A stretch of 64,000 nucleotides of DNA, taken from contig OZ250169.1 of the NCBI GenBank assembly GCA_965237955.1, forward strand, positions 896,001-960,000. The letters are read 5' to 3'. Below the pieces are notes generated by a model. That model was not told the DNA's origin. It saw nothing but the letters and a program-made list of their open reading frames with translations, and searched no databases. This document shows, piece after piece, positions 53,988 to 64,000 of this stretch; the first letter of the stretch is position 1, and every line of letters begins with the position of its first letter. This DNA comes from Candidatus Marinacidobacterales bacterium. Its GTDB lineage: Bacteria > Acidobacteriota > Vicinamibacteria > Marinacidobacterales > SMYC01. A program made the translations under genes and the position numbers.

Positions 53988-55637
53988 ATGCTTTCCAGAA
54001 ACGTGCTCGTAGCACTCGCCGTCGTTGCGATGACCACGAAGTGCGGCTCGAACGAGCCCGCGCCTCTCGTCGTTCTCATTGGTCTCGATGGCGCGAGCCT
54101 CGACATCGTCGATGATCTGCGCGCCCGAGGACGTCTGCCGACGTTCGACCGGCTGATCCGAACCGGAGCCTCTGGCCCACTTCAGTCCTGGGCATCCCAG
54201 CCCATCATGCACGTCAACCGCCGCCGAGGATTCTTGTCGCCCATCGTTTGGACATCGATCGCGACGGGAAAGATACCCGAAAAGCGTGGCGTTCGAGACT
54301 TCGTGCTGCCGATACCCGGGACCGCGTCCGTGTGGATGGGCTCGGATGAGGATACTGCGAGGGCTCGTATCGCACTGCCCGAGATTCATGGCCGATCCCC
54401 TTGGACGCTCGAGATGCGCCTTCATTCGTTCGGTCTGGCGGGTTCGCAGTCGGCTCAGGTCTGGTGGAACGGTGAGCTTCTCGGCACCGTTCAGTTGGAC
54501 TCGGACTGGAGCGTGATCTCTGTGTCCGTCGCTTCCGAGCATTTGCAGCCGGTGAAGAACGAACTGGAGCTCGTATTCGCGCGACAAGATCGCGCAAACG
54601 ACGGGACGCGGCGCGCGGCGGAACTTGCCTGGTTACGCATCGTAGACGCTACAGGCACTCAGGTCCTGTCCCTCGATCCAGTGCTGGATCGAGACCGCCT
54701 CGAACGCGGATTCTATTCCCCCCGCGGGCGGCTCACCGAAGTGCAAAGCGTTCACTGGCGGGCGAAACCGTTTTGGAGTCTTCTCGGGGACGCCGGAATA
54801 CCGGTGGGTGTCATCGGTTACTGGGGAACATGGCCCGCCTACGAAGTGAACGGTTTCCTGATCTCATCCCGTATGGGGATTCGCGAGCAGCGGACGGGAA
54901 GCGGCAAGCTCACGTGGCCTCGTGAGCTCGCTTCAGAGCTCGAGCCCCTCAGCCCCGTCATAGGTGATCTAGCAGCGACATTCGAGCGGCTTCACCTCTC
55001 GGAGTGCGATCCTCCACTCGTCGATCGGCAGTCGGTTCTGAAGAAGATCCTTCTACAGGACGAGTACTACGTGCGGATGGCACGAGAGCTCTTGCCGAAG
55101 ATGGAATCGGGACTCTTCGCGATCTATCTGCGATCCATCGATGTCGCGGGCCATCCCACGCTACATTGGCGCCACGGCGCAGCGATCCCCGAGAGCTGTC
55201 CGGAGTCCGTGCGTGATGTCATGGACGAGACTTATGGACAGATCGACCTGTGGATCAACGAGGTTCTCCAAGCGCTTCCGCGCCGTGCGACGGTGGTCGT
55301 CGTCTCGGATCACGGCATGCAGCCTATAGAAGGCGGTGGACACCATGCGCCGTTCGGACTGTTCATCGCGCAAGGCGAAGGTCTGAGACGCGGGGAAACC
55401 TTTCACGGGTCGACGGTGCTGGACGTTGCGCCGACCATACTGCACCTCCTGGGCGCTGAAGTGCCACTGGATATGGATGGAAAAGTGCTTGCGCCGATGT
55501 ACGAGAGCGCGTGGCTCGCGAGAAACGCACCACGTTACGCCGACATCGATACAACGCTCGAGAGCGAAGCGGACGTCGAGACCGAGGCTAGCGAAGACGC
55601 GCTCGAGCAGCTTCGTGCCCTCGGCTACATCGAGTGA
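53988..55637 (+). CDS. Alkaline phosphatase superfamily (type I phosphodiesterase/nucleotide pyrophosphatase)
   Basis: IGLDGA, SP.VWTSIATGK, VSDHG, DVAPTIL, LRALGYI. Confidence 0.88.
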   Translation: MLSRNVLVALAVVAMTTKCGSNEPAPLVVLIGLDGASLDIVDDLRARGRLPTFDRLIRTGASGPLQSWASQPIMHVNRRRGFLSPIVWTSIATGKIPEKRGVRDFVLPIPGTASVWMGSDEDTARARIALPEIHGRSPWTLEMRLHSFGLAGSQSAQVWWNGELLGTVQLDSDWSVISVSVASEHLQPVKNELELVFARQDRANDGTRRAAELAWLRIVDATGTQVLSLDPVLDRDRLERGFYSPRGRLTEVQSVHWRAKPFWSLLGDAGIPVGVIGYWGTWPAYEVNGFLISSRMGIREQRTGSGKLTWPRELASELEPLSPVIGDLAATFERLHLSECDPPLVDRQSVLKKILLQDEYYVRMARELLPKMESGLFAIYLRSIDVAGHPTLHWRHGAAIPESCPESVRDVMDETYGQIDLWINEVLQALPRRATVVVVSDHGMQPIEGGGHHAPFGLFIAQGEGLRRGETFHGSTVLDVAPTILHLLGAEVPLDMDGKVLAPMYESAWLARNAPRYADIDTTLESEADVETEASEDALEQLRALGYIE

Positions 55638-55704
55638 CGCACGAACGAGCCGCCAATGATACTTCCGCTTCGTGGAACACGAGAAAGAGCTGCGTGGAGA
55701 GACG

Positions 55705-56018
55705 ATGGATTGGAAACGCCTGCTGGCCCATATCACCGGCTCAGTGGATCAAGAGCTCCTGCTGCGCAACGAGTATCTCACTGCCTCTCTCGAAGCTGAT
55801 CTTGTTCGGCGAGGCCGCACTGAGGCAGTGTTTGATTTCCTATCTCGCTCATTATCATGGAGAACGAAACCATCAAGGCAAGGAGAACGTCATTCTCTTT
55901 CCGTCAGAGTCTGTAGAAGGCAGCGATCGCGGCGAAGGGCCAATCCGCTGTCGGGAAAGCCTCGGCGGGCTGCTGAAATATTACTACAGGGACGCCGCAT
56001 GAGTTTTTTGACCACGCG
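55705..56018 (+). pseudogene. Internally deleted rve-type transposase with its right end
   Basis: MDWKRLL..ITG.VDQELLLRNEYL fused to LILFGE..LR...HYH.ERNHQG...LGGLLKYYYRDAA*, then gagttttttgaccacgcg. Confidence 0.75.
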
Positions 56019-57412
56019 GGGTCTCATCTGGCTTTTCTTGGCTATCCTGGGCGTGACGCTCGCCTTGGCGAGCACCAGCACCTTATTTTATGAAGGCCGG
56101 CCGGAGAGGCGACCGTCTCCCTCGGTTTCGGCCATACTCGCCGATGACGGCTCTGAATCCCTCGACTACTGGCCGCAGTGGCGCGGGCCCCTGGGCACCG
56201 GCGTCGCGCCGCGCGCCAACCCGCCGTTGGAGTGGAGCGAGGACAAGAACATCCGTTGGAAGCTCGCGCTTCCGGGCAGAGGGCATTCGACGCCCGTCGT
56301 CTGGGGCGATCGCATTTTCCTGACCGCTGCCATTTCTTCAGGAGGCCAAGTCCCGCCGCCGGCCGGCCGCCGCCCCGGTGCGCACGACGGTCTCCCGGTG
56401 GTGCGTCGCCAATCATTCGCCGTGCTTGCCGTCAACCGCCGCGACGGCAAGATCGTTTGGCAAAGGACGGTTCGTGAACTCATACCAAATGAAGGCATTC
56501 ACTACACGGGAAGCTTCGCGTCCAACTCCCCGGTTGTCGACGGTGAGCGGGTGTTCGCCTTTTTCGGTTCCTACGGCCTTTTACTGCCTCGATTGGAACG
56601 GTGAGCTCCTATGGGAAACCAATTTGGGCGACATGCATACCAAGCACGGGCACGGCGAGGGCAGTTCGCCGATTGTCCACGACGATACCCTGCTCGTCAA
56701 CTGGGACCACGAAGGCCCGTCGTTTGTCGTCGCCTTCGACAAGAGAACCGGCAAGGAGCGCTGGAAGGTCGAGCGTGACGAGCCCACGTCGTGGGCGACC
56801 CCGGTGGTTGTCGAGCATGACGGAAAGCATCAGGTCATCGTGAGCGGCACAAATCGTGTGCGAGGGTACGACCTGTTGACCGGTGAAGTGATCTGGGAAT
56901 GCGCGGGGCTATCGGCCAACGTCGTTGCCTCTCCGGTGGCCGCAGACGGTATGGTCTACGCCGGCAGCAGTTACGACACGCGGAACCTCCTGGCCATCCG
57001 CCTCGCGGGCTCGACGGGCGACATTACCGGAACTAACCGGGTCGCATGGACCCGCCATCGAGGCACTCCCTACGTACCGTCACTCTTGCTCTACGGAGAC
57101 GTGTTGTATGTCGTCTACCACTACCAGGGAATCCTGACACGCTTGCACGCCAAGACCGGCGAGGAGCGGCCAGGCCCCTTCCGGCTCGGCGGCTTGGGCA
57201 ACATCTATGCTTCGCCCGTGGGCGCCGGAGGCCGCGTCTACATCACCGACCTCGATGGCGCGACACTGGTGATTACCCACGACGACACCCCAAGGCGTTG
57301 GCACTCAACTTTCTCGAGGACCGCTTCAGCGCCTCGGCCGCTATCGCCGGGGGCGAGCTGTTCCTGCGCGGGGAGCGATACCTATACAGCATCGCGGAAG
57401 AACGAGAGATGA
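56019..57412 (+). pseudogene. PQQ-like beta-propeller (outer-membrane assembly-type), two frameshifts
   Basis: WPQWRGP.G.G, G.GHSTP.VWGDRIF, SWATP, YASPV. Shifts near 56580 and 57290. Confidence 0.85.
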
Positions 57413-57655
57413 AATGAAGCGGCGAGCCACCCGCGTTGTCGCATGCTGGATGGACCTTGGCTCGAGACGGAAGAAAGATCGCCAGACTCACGGCGGCCCC
57501 AGGGTTGGTCGACCAGCGGAGGCGGCCGGAGCCGGTGCGGTTTCAGCAAGCGGGTAGTGAAGCCTTCTGGAGGAGCTAGACCACGAGGAACCGTCTGAAC
57601 CTCATGACTGTGCTGTCGACCATGATCGGCCTCGGTACTTTCGACGAGCTCCACT

Positions 57656-58312
57656 TTGACCTGCCCTGGAAAAACGTGGCAGGCTTCGACGCGAGTGGAC
57701 GAAGAATCATCTCGACGCGGTGGCCCGGAGAGCCGCGAGAATCTTGTCGAGCTCGGTTTCCGGCACCTCGAGGAGGGAGAGCCGCAGGAGGCCCTTCGCC
57801 TCGCCGACCAAGCTGCCTCGCTCGACGAAAATTACGTCGAAGCCCACGAAGTCCGAGCTCTGGCCCTTACTTTGTTGGGGCGCATCGACGAAGCGGACGG
57901 CGCTTTCTCTCGCGCTGCGGAGCTCGATCCCGAGGACTACTTCAGGCCTTTCCGGCTCGAAGGGACTGCGTTCGACGACGCCGTCGAACAGACGCTCCTC
58001 AGATTGCCACCTCAGTTTCGCGAGTTTCTGGAAAATGTCGAGGTCGGAGTCGAGGACACCCTGTCGCCGGAGCTCATCGCGGAAGGGCTGGAGTTCGATC
58101 TTCTCGGCGTTTATATCGGTCAGACGGCCGGCTCCGACGACTGGGACTTTCCCGACCGCGTCGTTTTGTTTCAGCGCAACATCGAGAACATTTCGCCCGA
58201 CCGCGAAACACTGCTCGCCGAGATCCGCGACACGCTTCTCCACGAAGTGGGCCACCACTTTGGAATGGATGAGGACACGCTACGAGAGATTGAAGACGGA
58301 GACGAAGCGTGA
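57656..58312 (+). CDS. TPR + zincin-like metallopeptidase (start uncertain)
   Basis: TPR helices, LLGVY.G, P.R..LF.RNI, TL.HEVGHHFG. Confidence 0.8.
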   Translation: MTCPGKTWQASTRVDEESSRRGGPESRENLVELGFRHLEEGEPQEALRLADQAASLDENYVEAHEVRALALTLLGRIDEADGAFSRAAELDPEDYFRPFRLEGTAFDDAVEQTLLRLPPQFREFLENVEVGVEDTLSPELIAEGLEFDLLGVYIGQTAGSDDWDFPDRVVLFQRNIENISPDRETLLAEIRDTLLHEVGHHFGMDEDTLREIEDGDEA

Positions 58313-58914
58313 TGGACATCCACTGCACATTCTCCCGCTACGCGATCGGTTTCAGCCGGGCGGTGAATGACGGAGAAAAAGGTGCCTCGTAGGTGAGCTC
58401 CAAGGTTGGGGCTCGCGCCTCCGCGCGTTTTTGTGCGCCAGTATGGGTCGTTTCCCCCCAATGTTGGGAGCGAATTTGCCCCCGCACCCCTCTGAACGGA
58501 ATTTGAGCTCACTCGTCTAAGGTCGTTGATTCCGCGTGGCGCGCCCCATGTTCGAGAACCTGGTGTTTCTTGAACGCGGGAACAAACGCCAATGCGGGCG
58601 AGATTCCCGCCATCTTAAGCAGAACGCGGATATCTCATCGTCGCCGCAAAACGTAGCCGAGTTTCTCAAAATCAAAGAACATGGCCTTCGGATCATGGCG
58701 GTCGAAGGTGGCAAGCGTTTAGTTGGTCATTTCAATAGCCGCATCATTGCCTTCGGACCCTGGCGGATAATGTCCTTCGAACGACAGAGAGATCACCCAG
58801 GCTGGATAAAATCTCTGGCCGCACGCACGCTGTGCCATCGAAATGAGGTCTTCTCGAGACACGCAAAGGTAGGCATCCAAATAGCTATTCATTCGGCCTC
58901 CTCGATTGATGACT

Positions 58915-59670
58915 TCATCGCTTCGTCCCGACCACGATGCCGTAGCCGAGCTGCTTGCTTGAGAAGATTCTCTTGGTCCTCAGGACCCTCCACAAGCCGC
59001 GAATTCCCCAACGACGGAAGATCCGCCAAGCAAGTCTCAGCTGCCCGATTAGGCCCAGCTGTTTTTTCGATTCCTTCATCCAGTGGGGAATCAAAGAGGA
59101 CTTGTCAACGGCGCCAATCTGCGTCAGGCCGGCCTGGCCGAACAACCGCTGCCATCCTTGCAGAGTTTCCGGCCTTTCGCCTTCGATTTCCGCAAGCGTC
59201 TGTTGCAGCTCCTCGGGAGCGTCCGCTTGCCAGCACAGGTCGTGCATACCGACACGCCCACCGGGCATGACCACGCGCACCATCTCTCCGAGAACCTGCT
59301 CCTTGTCCAAGAGACAAAGGGTGCACTCGCAGATGACGACGTCAAACGAGGCGTCCGGGAAGGGAAGGTGATGCGCGTCTCCTTTTCGGAGATCCACCTG
59401 CAACCCTCTGGCCTGCACCTTCTGTTCCGCGTGGCGGATCATTTGCCGCGACCAGTCCAGGCCAACGACGCGAGCCCCGAATCGCTCGGTCAGAAAGCAC
59501 CCTGTCTCTCCGGTACCGCAAGCGACGTCCAGGACTTCTGTTCCCGTTTGGATCTTGCACAGCTCAGCAAGTTCCTGCGCTAACGCCAAGCCGCCCGGGT
59601 GAAGAATCTCGACTTCTAAGAGCCCGGTTTCGACAAGGTTCTCCAGTGAAGCCTGTTCGATTGTTTCCAT
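58915..59670 (-). CDS. Class I SAM-dependent methyltransferase
   Basis: LHPGG, VLDVACGTG, LPF.DASFD. Confidence 0.92.
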   Translation of the reverse strand: METIEQASLENLVETGLLEVEILHPGGLALAQELAELCKIQTGTEVLDVACGTGETGCFLTERFGARVVGLDWSRQMIRHAEQKVQARGLQVDLRKGDAHHLPFPDASFDVVICECTLCLLDKEQVLGEMVRVVMPGGRVGMHDLCWQADAPEELQQTLAEIEGERPETLQGWQRLFGQAGLTQIGAVDKSSLIPHWMKESKKQLGLIGQLRLAWRIFRRWGIRGLWRVLRTKRIFSSKQLGYGIVVGTKR

Positions 59671-60186
59671 GGATCCTGGTAACCGTTACTTGCGCGTTTG
59701 CGTCATGCCTGGCCGTTCGAGAGCCTCGTGTCGGTTTATCTACGGAGTTGACGGGGCTGAGCGACTGAACTGTAGTCGCGGGAGTTCTTGATGCGTGCGA
59801 GCGTCTCCAACAAGTTCCTTGTCGACTCGAATGGCCAGTCGTGGCCCTGCCCCATTTCGTGTGCCCGCGCCCCGAGAGCACCCATGAAGCGGTGGAACTT
59901 ACGAACGGCTGACAGCGTATCGAGTCCCGTGAATCGACATCGCCGCTCCTCGAAAAGGACGCCGATGGCATGGAGAAAGCGGATATCGTCTGGGGGGGAA
60001 AGGCCTGCGGGGTCGTTCAAGCGTTGTCGTTGGCCGACAGTGGGCGCATCCGTGCGCTCGCAGTTAATGAAGATCCGGACGACGTCACGACCCGGAGTTA
60101 CGTTTCGGCGGGCTGCGTATCCAATAAATCCCAAGCGTTCTACCTCGCAGGACTCTTTAATACTACCCACGGCTCAATTCGCCTTC

Positions 60187-60519
60187 TCACGCTTCGGAAT
60201 CCGCTCCGAGGCGCCTCAGGAAAACCTTCATTTCTTTCACGGTCTGCAAATCTCCGGTCTCGAGACCCATGGCGATACCATCTTCATAGGCACGTCGGGC
60301 CTCGTCCTTGCGGCCCAACTTCTCCAAGGATTTGCCCAACTGACGGTATGCCGCAGTGTAGTTGGGGTTGACGCGGATGGCCTCTTCAAAGCTCTCGACG
60401 GCGTCCGCGAAGCGGCCGCTTTTTGAGAGCTCGTTTCCAAGCCCGTAATGAAGCATCGGATCCCGTGGGTCCTTGGCAAGGAACTCCTGGAACTTTTGAA
60501 TTCGGCTGTCGTCGGCCAT
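60187..60519 (-). CDS. Small TPR protein
   Basis: DP.DP..HYGLG.E, Y.AAY..LG..LE.LG. Confidence 0.8.
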   Translation of the reverse strand: MADDSRIQKFQEFLAKDPRDPMLHYGLGNELSKSGRFADAVESFEEAIRVNPNYTAAYRQLGKSLEKLGRKDEARRAYEDGIAMGLETGDLQTVKEMKVFLRRLGADSEA

Positions 60520-61044
60520 GCTTTTTTCCCGGAAGGCGATTTAGCACTTCTCAGGGTGCTTCCGCCGTCTACTGTTGGTGATGTGTACGCATTCTCTCGC
60601 ACAGAAGGCGCTTCCGCCGAGTTTAACGCGAACCGAAGTCGACAGGGCCCAATTTGACTGTAAGCCATTGCACCATAAAGCCTTAACTTCATTGCGCCAA
60701 CACCTCTTGACGGAAGCACCGAGAATTCGGATTAGTGAAGGATCGGAATTTCGCACGTTGCTATTTTACTCCCGCAACGGGCGCATTTGGAATTTCGGCC
60801 AGCGATCCGGGGCGTATTCGTAACTAGCTGAAAACAGCTCATCAAATAGCGCCGTCGTCCATGCGGCGGTCGCTCTTGCGGAGGGATCATCCAAGTTCAG
60901 GCCCCAACTTGGGAACATAACCGCTCAAAAACCGTCGGAATTGTGTTGGGCGGACGGCCAACAGGCCAGAGGTGTCAACGCCGGCCGAAAACTGCGCATT
61001 CATGGCGGATGAAAATTACACACCCGAGCCATGGGTGGCGAACC

Positions 61045-61884
61045 CTATGACGCCGTCGCCTCCGTGTATTTCCTATGAGATTTAGCCGGCGGGTGAGGTT
61101 CGTCCGAACCCGCCGGATGGAGCGCTCGCCACAGTTCGGAGTGCTCTCTCATGCGGTAACTGTTTCCTCGGATGTTGACGAGGTGGCAGTGGTGCAGAAT
61201 GCGGTCGATGAGAGCGGCGGCCATGACTTCGTCGCCAAGGATCTCGCCCCATTCCTCGAAACTTTTGTTAGAGGTGAGCACGGTCGAAGCGCGCTCGTAT
61301 CGCCTACTTATGAGCTGGAAAAAAAGCACCGCGCCGGTCTGGGTGACGGGTAGGTATCCGATTTCATCGACAACAAGCAGTGACGGATAACTGAGAACCG
61401 CGAGTCGACGAGTGAGGCGGCCCGCGTCACGAGCCTCTTCGAGGGAGGTGATGAGCTCAGCCAGGGTGCCGTAATAGACGCGCCGTCCATTCTGGGCAGC
61501 GGCGATGGCAAGACTAATCGCGAGATGAGTTTTGCCCACACCAGGAGGTCCCAATAAGACGACGTTCTCCTTACGTTCAACGAACCCGAGCTCGTGAAGG
61601 TTCTCAATCTGCTCGCGTTTGATCGATGGCTGGAACGAAAAATCGGACTCATCGATTGTTTTGACCGCGGGGAGTCGTGAGGAGCGCATCGCCGCTTGGA
61701 GACGACGGTTGTTTCTCAACGTGATCTGCGCTCCAAGAAGGTTCTCGATGGCCTCCGCCGTTGTGACCGCACCGCCATCGGCATCAGATAGTACGCGGTC
61801 GACAGCTTCGAGCGCGCCAGGCATCTTTAGGTCGGCCAGCATCGTACGGATCTGCTCACGTCGCGATATTGTGCTCGCCTTCAT
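61045..61884 (-). CDS. istB: IS21 helper ATPase IstB
   Basis: GPPGVGKTH, LVVDEIGY, TSN..F.EW, DRILHH. Confidence 0.93.
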   Translation of the reverse strand: MKASTISRREQIRTMLADLKMPGALEAVDRVLSDADGGAVTTAEAIENLLGAQITLRNNRRLQAAMRSSRLPAVKTIDESDFSFQPSIKREQIENLHELGFVERKENVVLLGPPGVGKTHLAISLAIAAAQNGRRVYYGTLAELITSLEEARDAGRLTRRLAVLSYPSLLVVDEIGYLPVTQTGAVLFFQLISRRYERASTVLTSNKSFEEWGEILGDEVMAAALIDRILHHCHLVNIRGNSYRMREHSELWRALHPAGSDEPHPPAKSHRKYTEATAS

Positions 61885-62932
61885 TGTCCACCTCCAACGA
61901 GCCGCGTGTAGACTTCGAGGGGACGATGCTCGACATCCATCGAAGGCAGTGTGGTTAAGCAGGCTTTTGGAGTTCTTCTCGCGGGTTGGTTTGGCAGTAC
62001 AAGAGAGCGATATGGCCGCTCAACGAGCGGTCTCAGAGTGGCCCTTTCATCGCGCGCGAATCGTTCTATCGGTCGTTCGTTGTGCGATGGAGTCGGACGT
62101 TGGCGACGTCACTCAGCCAACGCTCGATCTGAGCATCGAGGTCGTCATCGTTGATAAAGTGGCGACCGTAGAAGAAGCTTCCTCTCACATAGCGGATTGG
62201 CCTTTCCACTTTGCCCTTGGTCTTCGCCCGATACGGGCGACACGCTCTTGTTCGAAACTCCCAGTGGTGGGCGAAGCGGACGAACTCTGGGTTCTCAACG
62301 AGAGGGCCACCTTCCCGGCGGTGATCCTCGACGATGACCGAACGCATCTGGTCAAAAAGGAGCTCTTTGGGAACTCCTCCAAAAAATAGGAAGGCCTGCT
62401 CAAGCCCCGCGAACAACGTCCGCATGTCCTGTCGCTTGAAAAACCGAAGCCATAGCAGCCTCGAGTATCCGAGCACCACGAGAAGTGCCCACCGACGACC
62501 CCATGGCAAACGAAAGTGTGCAAAATCGACCTGAGCTTGGTGGCCTGGTGGGGTCTCGAAACGCACCAGCGGCTCCGCCGGTGGCTGTGGGCGAATCTGC
62601 CGCACGTACTCCTTGACCTGCGTGTAGCCGCCTTCATAGCCCGCGGCACGGATCTCATCATGCAGGCGTACTGAACTCAGCTCCGGGAACTCGTGCAGGC
62701 GCGAATGAAGGATCTCCCGGTACGGGTCGATCCTGCGCTCGATCCGCGGACGCTTCTTGTAGCGCACCGTTTCCTCGTCCAACTCTCGGTCCAGTTGACC
62801 CGTCTTTATCCAGTGGTGGACCGTTCGGCGGCTGATTCCTAGCTTGTCTGCTAGCGCCGCCTTCTTGATTCCCTGCTCCAAATACTCTCGTAGTAACACT
62901 CGTTTCTCCCTTCCGTACATCGGCGCCTCCAC
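61885..62932 (-). pseudogene. istA: IS21 transposase IstA, C-terminus disrupted near 62070
   Basis: RFETPPG.QAQVDF, LFDQM, TKGKVER. ORF stops early at 62066. Confidence 0.85.
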
Positions 62933-63195
62933 TCCGGAAACGCCATTCTGATTGAAGGCGCGCCGTCATGTCTGGCACTCCAGACACACGACAACGGCCT
63001 CCTTTTACGGATGGCCGAGTGTGCAATTTTCGCCCGCCATAAGTGTGCAATTTACGCCCGCCGCTAACAAGAGGAGCCGCTGCACGAGATGACAACACCC
63101 AGATGCCGTTGAGGCGGTGCTACCGAGCCCCCAACCAGCTTTTGGAAGGCGAGCAGAATCCTAGTCCCTGGCCTTGAGCCTCCGCTCCAGATCGC

Positions 63196-63546
63196 TCAGC
63201 AGGTCACGTGCAGGACGGCGTTAGTATGGCGAGCTTCCCGCTTCAATTCCTCGATAGCGTGGGCTGTCGGAAGGATGAGCAATTCGATTTTGCGGTCCTT
63301 TGCTTCGAGCTCCACTTCTTTCATCACTGGCAGTGCGCCGTATGCCCCTGTACCGACTACCAGCCGGCGGCATTTCCACGGTATCTTCTCCTCGACGGAC
63401 AGCGGCGTGTGTCCGAAGGCGTCGCGGAATTTTTCGGACGGTTTTTTCTTGCGCTTCCGGACCTCTCCGCAGTCGATAACCACGTCGTGATCGTGGGTGA
63501 CACCATCTATCTGAATGGAACCAAAAGAAAACTCGTCGAACTGCAC
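63196..63546 (-). CDS. Mth938-like domain protein
   Basis: FG.I.IDG....DVVI, LVVGTG..G, PT..AI, LH.TC. Confidence 0.85.
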   Translation of the reverse strand: MQFDEFSFGSIQIDGVTHDHDVVIDCGEVRKRKKKPSEKFRDAFGHTPLSVEEKIPWKCRRLVVGTGAYGALPVMKEVELEAKDRKIELLILPTAHAIEELKREARHTNAVLHVTC

Positions 63547-63865
63547 ATTGGACCTCCACAGGTATTTATACCTTTGTCCAACCGGTTTCTAGTCGTCGAA
63601 ACATCACATAGGTTGGGCCTGAATCCTCGCCCCGATCATCATCACCGGGAGCCCCGACCAACAGAACAAATGCCGCCGCTGTCCTCAACAATTCCGTTCG
63701 CGGGGATGAAAGATGCTACAAGGGGACGCGGCGCGCGGTCACTGTGCTGAATAAGCGTCTCAGGCGGCCATTGGTCGATAGCGCCTGAATCGATGCTCGG
63801 ACCACTTGGCAGATGCCTAGGCCGAGCGACGCCCATCGACGCCGCCATCCGTGAACTCGGCTTCC

Positions 63866-64000
63866 CTATTTCGGCTGGGGCACGATCCGAATGTAGGGCA
63901 GCGGCGACTGCCAGCCGTCCGGGTACTTCTGCTTGGCCTCGTCGTTCGACACCGCCGGCAGGATGATCACGTCGTCGCCCTGCTTCCAGTTGACAGGCGT
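63866..64000 (-). CDS. Peroxiredoxin (1-Cys type), C-terminal part; the rest lies outside the window
   Basis: TPVNWKQGDDVIILPAVSNDEAKQKYPDGW...PYIRIVPQP*. Confidence 0.85.
   Translation of the reverse strand, partial: TPVNWKQGDDVIILPAVSNDEAKQKYPDGWQSPLPYIRIVPQPK

Larger units (their letters stand above)
60973..63069 (-). mobile_element. IS21-family element, 2097 bp, 5-bp TSD AGAGG
   Basis: AGAGG-TGTCAACG...CGCTAACA-AGAGG, with subterminal repeats. Confidence 0.95.

Noticed and set aside
59736-60170. 144-aa ORF between the TPR and methyltransferase genes
   Set aside because: Position and strand are plausible, but I recognise no motif, so it is left uncalled.
1-64000. Numerous long overlapping or antisense ORFs (e.g. 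9121..10131, 13465..14382, 50039..51079)
   Set aside because: They are shadow frames of recognised genes in high-GC DNA and show no motifs.

Overview
This GC-rich bacterial window is dense in mobile DNA. The gene repertoire (Ser/Thr kinase with PD40 repeats, carboxypeptidase-regulatory TonB-type receptor, DUF1501 plus PSD1 cytochrome c pair, PD40-amidohydrolase) suggests Acidobacteria or a similar lineage; this is inference only. The first ~33.5 kb is a mosaic of IS elements (IS256, two IS5/IS903-like types, two ISL3, IS21, IS3), MITE-like remnants, a group IIC intron broken by three insertions, phage fragments (large terminase, HNH, Nu1-like HTH, DUF2924/serine recombinase), a VapBC-type TA pair, an OLD-like ATPase and tRNA-Ala(GGC). 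From 33.5 to 64 kb there are mostly metabolic and envelope genes, many frameshifted, stopped or internally deleted, plus one intact IS5 and one IS21. The main unexplained structure is a ~54-bp terminal sequence (CGTCCTGTGCCAAAACTCGGCCCTTTTGAAATAGACCACAAATCAGCAGCTTAG). It occurs 10 times in the first 25 kb at junctions between unrelated fragments, mostly of mobile or phage origin. It is combined with other TGT/CGT-type ends into chimeric mini-elements, and no intact cognate transposase is present. All product calls come from motif recognition by eye; no searches were run.
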